Source of the DNA: a virus
Taxonomy: Duplodnaviria; Caudoviricetes
IMG/VR virus record: IMGVR_UViG_3300049049_000085
Span: 1-26,366 of that record
Direction: 5' to 3' (one strand)
Length of the DNA stretch: 26,366 nt
How positions within the stretch are numbered: the stretch's first letter is position 1; each line of letters begins with the position of its first letter. This document shows positions 22,295 through 26,366 of this stretch, one piece after another. The notes below the pieces were generated by a model, which saw nothing but the letters and a program-made list of their open reading frames with translations, ran no database searches and was not told the DNA's origin. Both the position numbers and the translations under genes were made by a program.

Positions 22295-22476
22295 GTCTCG
22301 CGCTCCTGCCGCCACTTCCGATACCTGTCCACCACCCAGCCCACGATCAGGAGCATGGTGTAGATCGAGGCGCAGGCGGCGGCCAACTCGCTCCAGGTCT
22401 GGATGCCGAGGTGTGAGAACCAGACGACCCCCCAGATTCCAGTCGCCTTGACGACGGGTGCGGCGTTTTCGTTCAT
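22291..22476 (-). CDS. Putative holin
   Basis: 61 aa, 1-2 hydrophobic segments, basic C-terminus, coupled to the endolysin. Confidence 0.7.
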   Translation of the reverse strand: MNENAAPVVKATGIWGVVWFSHLGIQTWSELAAACASIYTMLLIVGWVVDRYRKWRQERET

Positions 22477-22505
22477 GCTGTAGGCTCCGCGGTCAGGAGG
22501 TGGCG

Positions 22506-22643
22506 ATGGATAGGTTTTGGGCACAGCTCTTGGCACCGTTCATGCTGTTCGCGATGCTCTTGATCGCGTGGCCGATCAAAAAGCTCGTGTGGAAGTACCT
22601 GCCTGACGGGAAGCTCAAGCGCATCTTGTTCACTCGATGGTGA
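22506..22643 (+). CDS. Small antisense-oriented membrane protein (45 aa)
   Basis: AGGAGG RBS; MDRFWAQLLAPFMLFAMLLIAWPIKKLVWKYLPDGKLKRILFTRW. Confidence 0.7.
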   Translation: MDRFWAQLLAPFMLFAMLLIAWPIKKLVWKYLPDGKLKRILFTRW

Positions 22644-24297
22644 GCGGAGCCAGGGCCCCGAGAAGTCCGGGAGCACCGCGGCGGATGAGTTGGTTCTCAA
22701 GGACCGCCGCCGGCATCTGAGTCAACAGCCCCGGGCCGCCTTGCTGGAGCGCCGCGCGCTGCATCGGACCTGACAACAGGAGGGAACGGGCAGCGGGGCG
22801 AGCCGCAGCAGCCGCCAGCAGTCCAGGCGAGCCCATACCGAGGCCTCCGATGCCGGCGAATGCATCCAGCGGGCTCCAGGCCTTCGGGGCTTCTTTCAGG
22901 CTCTGCGTGGCCTTCGGGAAGGCCGCAGCGAACGCGGCCGCGGTGCGCAGGTCGCCGGACAGCGGCTTGCCCTTCTGCAGCTCGCGCGCCAGCGCTGCGG
23001 CGGACACATCGCCCGTCTCGGCGTTCAACCCCTTCTGCACGGTGTAGGTCTTCGCGATCTGCGCGCGCGCCTCCTTGAATGCAGCGAGCGCCTGCTTGTT
23101 GCCAGCGGCAGTGAGGTGGCGCTCCAACTGCTCTTCGATCGCGCCAGCCGCAGCCTTGCTGGCCTTGCCAAGTCCGGTGTCGCCGCCGCGGTAGGCCTTG
23201 TCCGCCGTCTCGCGCAGCACCTTCACCATGTCCAGCGCATCGCCTGCGTCGAATTTCTGCTGGCGCAGGCCATCGACCATCTCCAGCACGGGATTCTTCG
23301 CAGCGCCCGGGAACGAGCGCGCAGCGCCCTGGTACTGGCCGGCGATGGCATCCAGCGCCTTCCCGTAGGTAGCGTCCGCCGTCACGTCGCCCGCGGCGCG
23401 GATTGGCGCGTAGCCCTGGGTGCCGGCCGTGGTGCGCAGCGCCTGCAGCACGTCGGGCGTGATCTGCTGGCCTTTCGGCAGCCCCAGCGCGCGCGCTGCC
23501 AGGTCGTTCGTGACGCCTTGGTTGCGCTGGCTCGCCGTCTGCGCCGTCTTGATCTTCCCCGACAGTCCCGAAAGCAACTCGGTCGCCATGCCCGGCTGTA
23601 GATCAGCAGGAGGCACCACATAGCCCTCGCGCGCTCCAGCTTGAGCTGCAGCCATCCGCGGCGCTGCTGCGGCGTTGGCGGCGGCTGCGCGGTTCGCGAA
23701 GCGGTCAGCAACCCATCGCGCGCCAGCGCCGAGCCCGTCGCCGATGTACTTCCCAGCCAAGCCGCCGAGAGCCCCGGCGCCGGCCCCTTGCGCGCGCTCC
23801 TGCAGTCCGCCCTCGGTCGTGAGCCCGCCCGTGCCGCCGCCGATCAGCATGGCGCCAAGCGCGGTGTTTGCGCCCGGGATCAGGGCCGTAGGAGCGGCGA
23901 CAGCGCCAAGCCCGATCACGTTGCCCACCTTGCCGGCGCGGGTGCTCATCAGCGGAGCCTCAAGACGCGCGGCTTCAGTGCGCTCCGCCTCGGCCTCTTC
24001 CGGTGTCGGCAGACGGCCTGGCATGCCAGGGATGGCCTGGTGGACTGCACGGTTCAGCGATCCGAGAGGGGTTGCTCCGAGCGCTCCGCTGATGGCGCGG
24101 CCAGCGGATGCCATGCCGCGGCCCGCCCCGGCGCGCAGGCGATCGAGTGCGCTCATGTCGTCCGTTGGGTTCGTGGACTCCTTGGGCGCCTCGGTCCGCT
24201 GCGCGCGGATGGCCTGCGCGAGTTGCTGCGCGGCTGCAGCGTCACCTGCCGCATCGGCGTTGCGCAACGCGCGTTCGAGCTGGGCTAGGTCGGCCAT
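22630..24297 (-). CDS. DNA ejection / internal virion protein
   Basis: MADLAQLERALRNADAAGD N-terminus, Ala/Gly-rich hydrophobic segments, last of three such genes. Confidence 0.7.
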   Translation of the reverse strand: MADLAQLERALRNADAAGDAAAAQQLAQAIRAQRTEAPKESTNPTDDMSALDRLRAGAGRGMASAGRAISGALGATPLGSLNRAVHQAIPGMPGRLPTPEEAEAERTEAARLEAPLMSTRAGKVGNVIGLGAVAAPTALIPGANTALGAMLIGGGTGGLTTEGGLQERAQGAGAGALGGLAGKYIGDGLGAGARWVADRFANRAAAANAAAAPRMAAAQAGAREGYVVPPADLQPGMATELLSGLSGKIKTAQTASQRNQGVTNDLAARALGLPKGQQITPDVLQALRTTAGTQGYAPIRAAGDVTADATYGKALDAIAGQYQGAARSFPGAAKNPVLEMVDGLRQQKFDAGDALDMVKVLRETADKAYRGGDTGLGKASKAAAGAIEEQLERHLTAAGNKQALAAFKEARAQIAKTYTVQKGLNAETGDVSAAALARELQKGKPLSGDLRTAAAFAAAFPKATQSLKEAPKAWSPLDAFAGIGGLGMGSPGLLAAAAARPAARSLLLSGPMQRAALQQGGPGLLTQMPAAVLENQLIRRGAPGLLGALAPLTIE

Positions 24298-24298
24298 G

Positions 24299-25597
24299 TC
24301 AGCCCCCGTACTTCTTCAGCAGGTCGTCAAGCGACGGTTGACCGGAAGGCGCGCCGCGGTGCTGCGCCGGCACCTCACGCAGGATCAGATCCGTCGCCAA
24401 AGCACGGTTGCGCGCCTTCTGCGCGATGACCTGCGGGCCGTCCCCGACCTGGGGGAAATACTGTCGCTGCGCGTTCCCGAATTCCTGGTCGCTGATTACG
24501 GCGCCGGACTCTCGCCGCAGCACCGCATTGACGAAATCGCGCTGCGCCTGCTCGACCGACTGCTGGTCCGGCGTAGCAATCGCGGCGTTCGCGGCCGCGC
24601 CCAGCGCACCGCCCACCATCGGCAAACCCTCGACGCCCTGCTTGATCAAGCTCGGCCGGTTCGTGCCGCTCGCGGCCATCTTGCCCAGGATCGAGTTGGC
24701 CTCCTGCGCGCGCGTGCCGAACAGCAGCGCCTTCGACTGCGCGTCGTTCAGATCCTTCGGGGCCGCCGTCTTGCCCATGACCGGCTGCCCGCCCATCGTG
24801 ATCGGCACGGCTTGGTTGTCTCGCCCCACGCGGACGTAGCCGCCAGGGGTTTCGATGAGCTGGCCGGCGCCCTCCTGCGCGGCTCGCTGCTTGGAAAGCT
24901 CCAGGTTCGCGCGCGCGATGGCATTGGCAGCCGCGCCGTCCGGCGTCATCGTGCGGTTGAGTCGCTGGCCCGGCGTGAGTGCAAACGGGTTCACGGCTTC
25001 CGAGTGCCCGCCCATGTTCTCCAGGCGCATTTCCACCGGCTTCTCGCTGTTCTGGCCGATCACCCCGCCGTAGTCGTCCTCGCGCTGGATCATGGGCATG
25101 CCGTTCGGCCCCCTCACTTCCACCGTGCGAGCAACCTTGTCGCGCCCCCAGTTCCTGGAGCCCGACAGCTTCTGGAGCAGTTCCGCCTGATCCGGGTACT
25201 TCATCGCGAGCGCGGCGAAGTCGGTCGGTCGCTGCTGCCCAATCTGAGCGGCATTCGCCTGCGTCGGCCCGCCGCCACCCGCCAGCGCCTGCTGCGGAGT
25301 GACTGCGCCGCCTTGAAGCGCGCGCTGGAATTCGGCGTTGCGCTGGGCTTCAGCCTGCTGCTGGGCGATCTTCCGCTGAAGCTCCTGCAGGGCCAGATGC
25401 TGCTGCTGCTGCTGAAGCCCGAACTGCTGCTTTCGCATGTCGCGGTCTTCGCGCCCGGCCTTGCGCTGCTCCAGCGCTCCAAGCGCGCCGAGCAGTCCTT
25501 CGCCGAAGCCGGTGCGGACAGGCTTCGCAGCGCCTGCCTGCATCAGCAGCAGGCCAAGCATGCCGTCGTCGGAATTGAGGGAGTCGAGCAATCCCAT
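24299..25597 (-). CDS. DNA ejection / internal virion protein
   Basis: Starts MGLLDS after AAGG; Gln/Ala-rich coiled coil; ends LDDLLKKYGG. Confidence 0.7.
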   Translation of the reverse strand: MGLLDSLNSDDGMLGLLLMQAGAAKPVRTGFGEGLLGALGALEQRKAGREDRDMRKQQFGLQQQQQHLALQELQRKIAQQQAEAQRNAEFQRALQGGAVTPQQALAGGGGPTQANAAQIGQQRPTDFAALAMKYPDQAELLQKLSGSRNWGRDKVARTVEVRGPNGMPMIQREDDYGGVIGQNSEKPVEMRLENMGGHSEAVNPFALTPGQRLNRTMTPDGAAANAIARANLELSKQRAAQEGAGQLIETPGGYVRVGRDNQAVPITMGGQPVMGKTAAPKDLNDAQSKALLFGTRAQEANSILGKMAASGTNRPSLIKQGVEGLPMVGGALGAAANAAIATPDQQSVEQAQRDFVNAVLRRESGAVISDQEFGNAQRQYFPQVGDGPQVIAQKARNRALATDLILREVPAQHRGAPSGQPSLDDLLKKYGG

Positions 25598-26366
25598 CAC
25601 ATCACCTTCTTTCGCGGCGGCGTGGTGCCGAAGTTGCCCAGCAACGATGGCTGCCACGACACTGGGGACGTGGCCGCGTCGTAGCTGTTGCCCAGCAGCG
25701 TGCGCGGTTTTCCCCGCTGGAACTGATTCGCGCCGCGCGCGTTGGCGTCGAAGCCGCTCATGAGCCCGCCCGCGTTTGCGTTGATGAAGTCCAGCACGTT
25801 GCCGTAGTTGCCGTAGGCGTTCTGCTGCGCCTGCGTGAATGGCTGCTGCTTGTACTGGTCGTACAGGCCGGCGCCTTCGCTCAGCAGACCCTTCAGGTAC
25901 GGCTGCGCAGGACCCCATGGCTCCGTTTTGCTGGTCTGTTCCTTGTCCTTGCCGTCCTGGTAGCCGAGATATGCACCGAGCAGGCCGCCCAGCACGTCGC
26001 CATTGCCGCCGGTCAGCGCGTTGGCCCCCGCGCCGAGCAGGCCGCCGCTGTTCAGGCCCGCGGTGCTGCCGGATCCGGTGCCGGCCATGTTCCCGCCGGA
26101 GCCGATCAGACCTTCGGTGCCGGTGGTGCCGGTCGCGGCCACCTTCGCCTGATCGAGCAGCGTCATGTTGCCGCCCTGCGTCGCGGCGGAACTGGGCATG
26201 CTGCCGTTGGTCTGGTAGCCCGCAAGCTCGCTTTGGCGGAACTGGTCGTAACTGGTCGTGCCGGCCGCCGTGCCGCCCGACAGGCCAGCACCAGCGGTCG
26301 TGATGTTGTTGCCGGTCCCAAGCGCTGCGTCGGCTGCGAGGTCCATACCGGACAGCGCCTCGGCGC
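25597..26366 (-). CDS. DNA ejection protein, Gly-rich (5' partial)
   Basis: GGLLGA repeats and EPWGPAQPYL motif; frame continues toward the window edge. Confidence 0.65.
   Translation of the reverse strand, partial: AEALSGMDLAADAALGTGNNITTAGAGLSGGTAAGTTSYDQFRQSELAGYQTNGSMPSSAATQGGNMTLLDQAKVAATGTTGTEGLIGSGGNMAGTGSGSTAGLNSGGLLGAGANALTGGNGDVLGGLLGAYLGYQDGKDKEQTSKTEPWGPAQPYLKGLLSEGAGLYDQYKQQPFTQAQQNAYGNYGNVLDFINANAGGLMSGFDANARGANQFQRGKPRTLLGNSYDAATSPVSWQPSLLGNFGTTPPRKKVM

Overview
About 26 kb of a high-GC temperate tailed phage. The lambdoid control region and podovirus-type ejection proteins suggest a proteobacterial, possibly Burkholderiales, host (inference). Integrase, candidate attP and lysis genes are contiguous, so this looks like the free (unintegrated) form. 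Left to right: start of a probable portal gene, terL, terS, VRR-NUC nuclease, DnaC-like loader, replication initiator with an 11-bp iteron origin, cII-like, cro | cI with five 14-bp palindromic operators, and a long rightward early operon. That operon holds an SSB-like gene, ERF, NinB, an N4/N6 methyltransferase, a PAPS-reductase-like gene, a RyR-domain gene and many mosaic ORFs. After it come xis, tyrosine integrase, attP with a tRNA 5'-end fragment, an integrase-arm-domain/GIY-YIG fusion, the lysis cassette and three DNA-ejection proteins. Two signals stand out. (1) Four copies of a covarying multi-branched fold rich in c(GNA)g mini-hairpins lie in both orientations inside accessory ORFs at 12.5-15.4 kb, suggesting an ssDNA-level element. 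(2) A GIY-YIG nuclease carries a copy of the integrase arm-binding domain and sits just across attP, where integration would swap its promoter. All calls are by eye; no searches were run.
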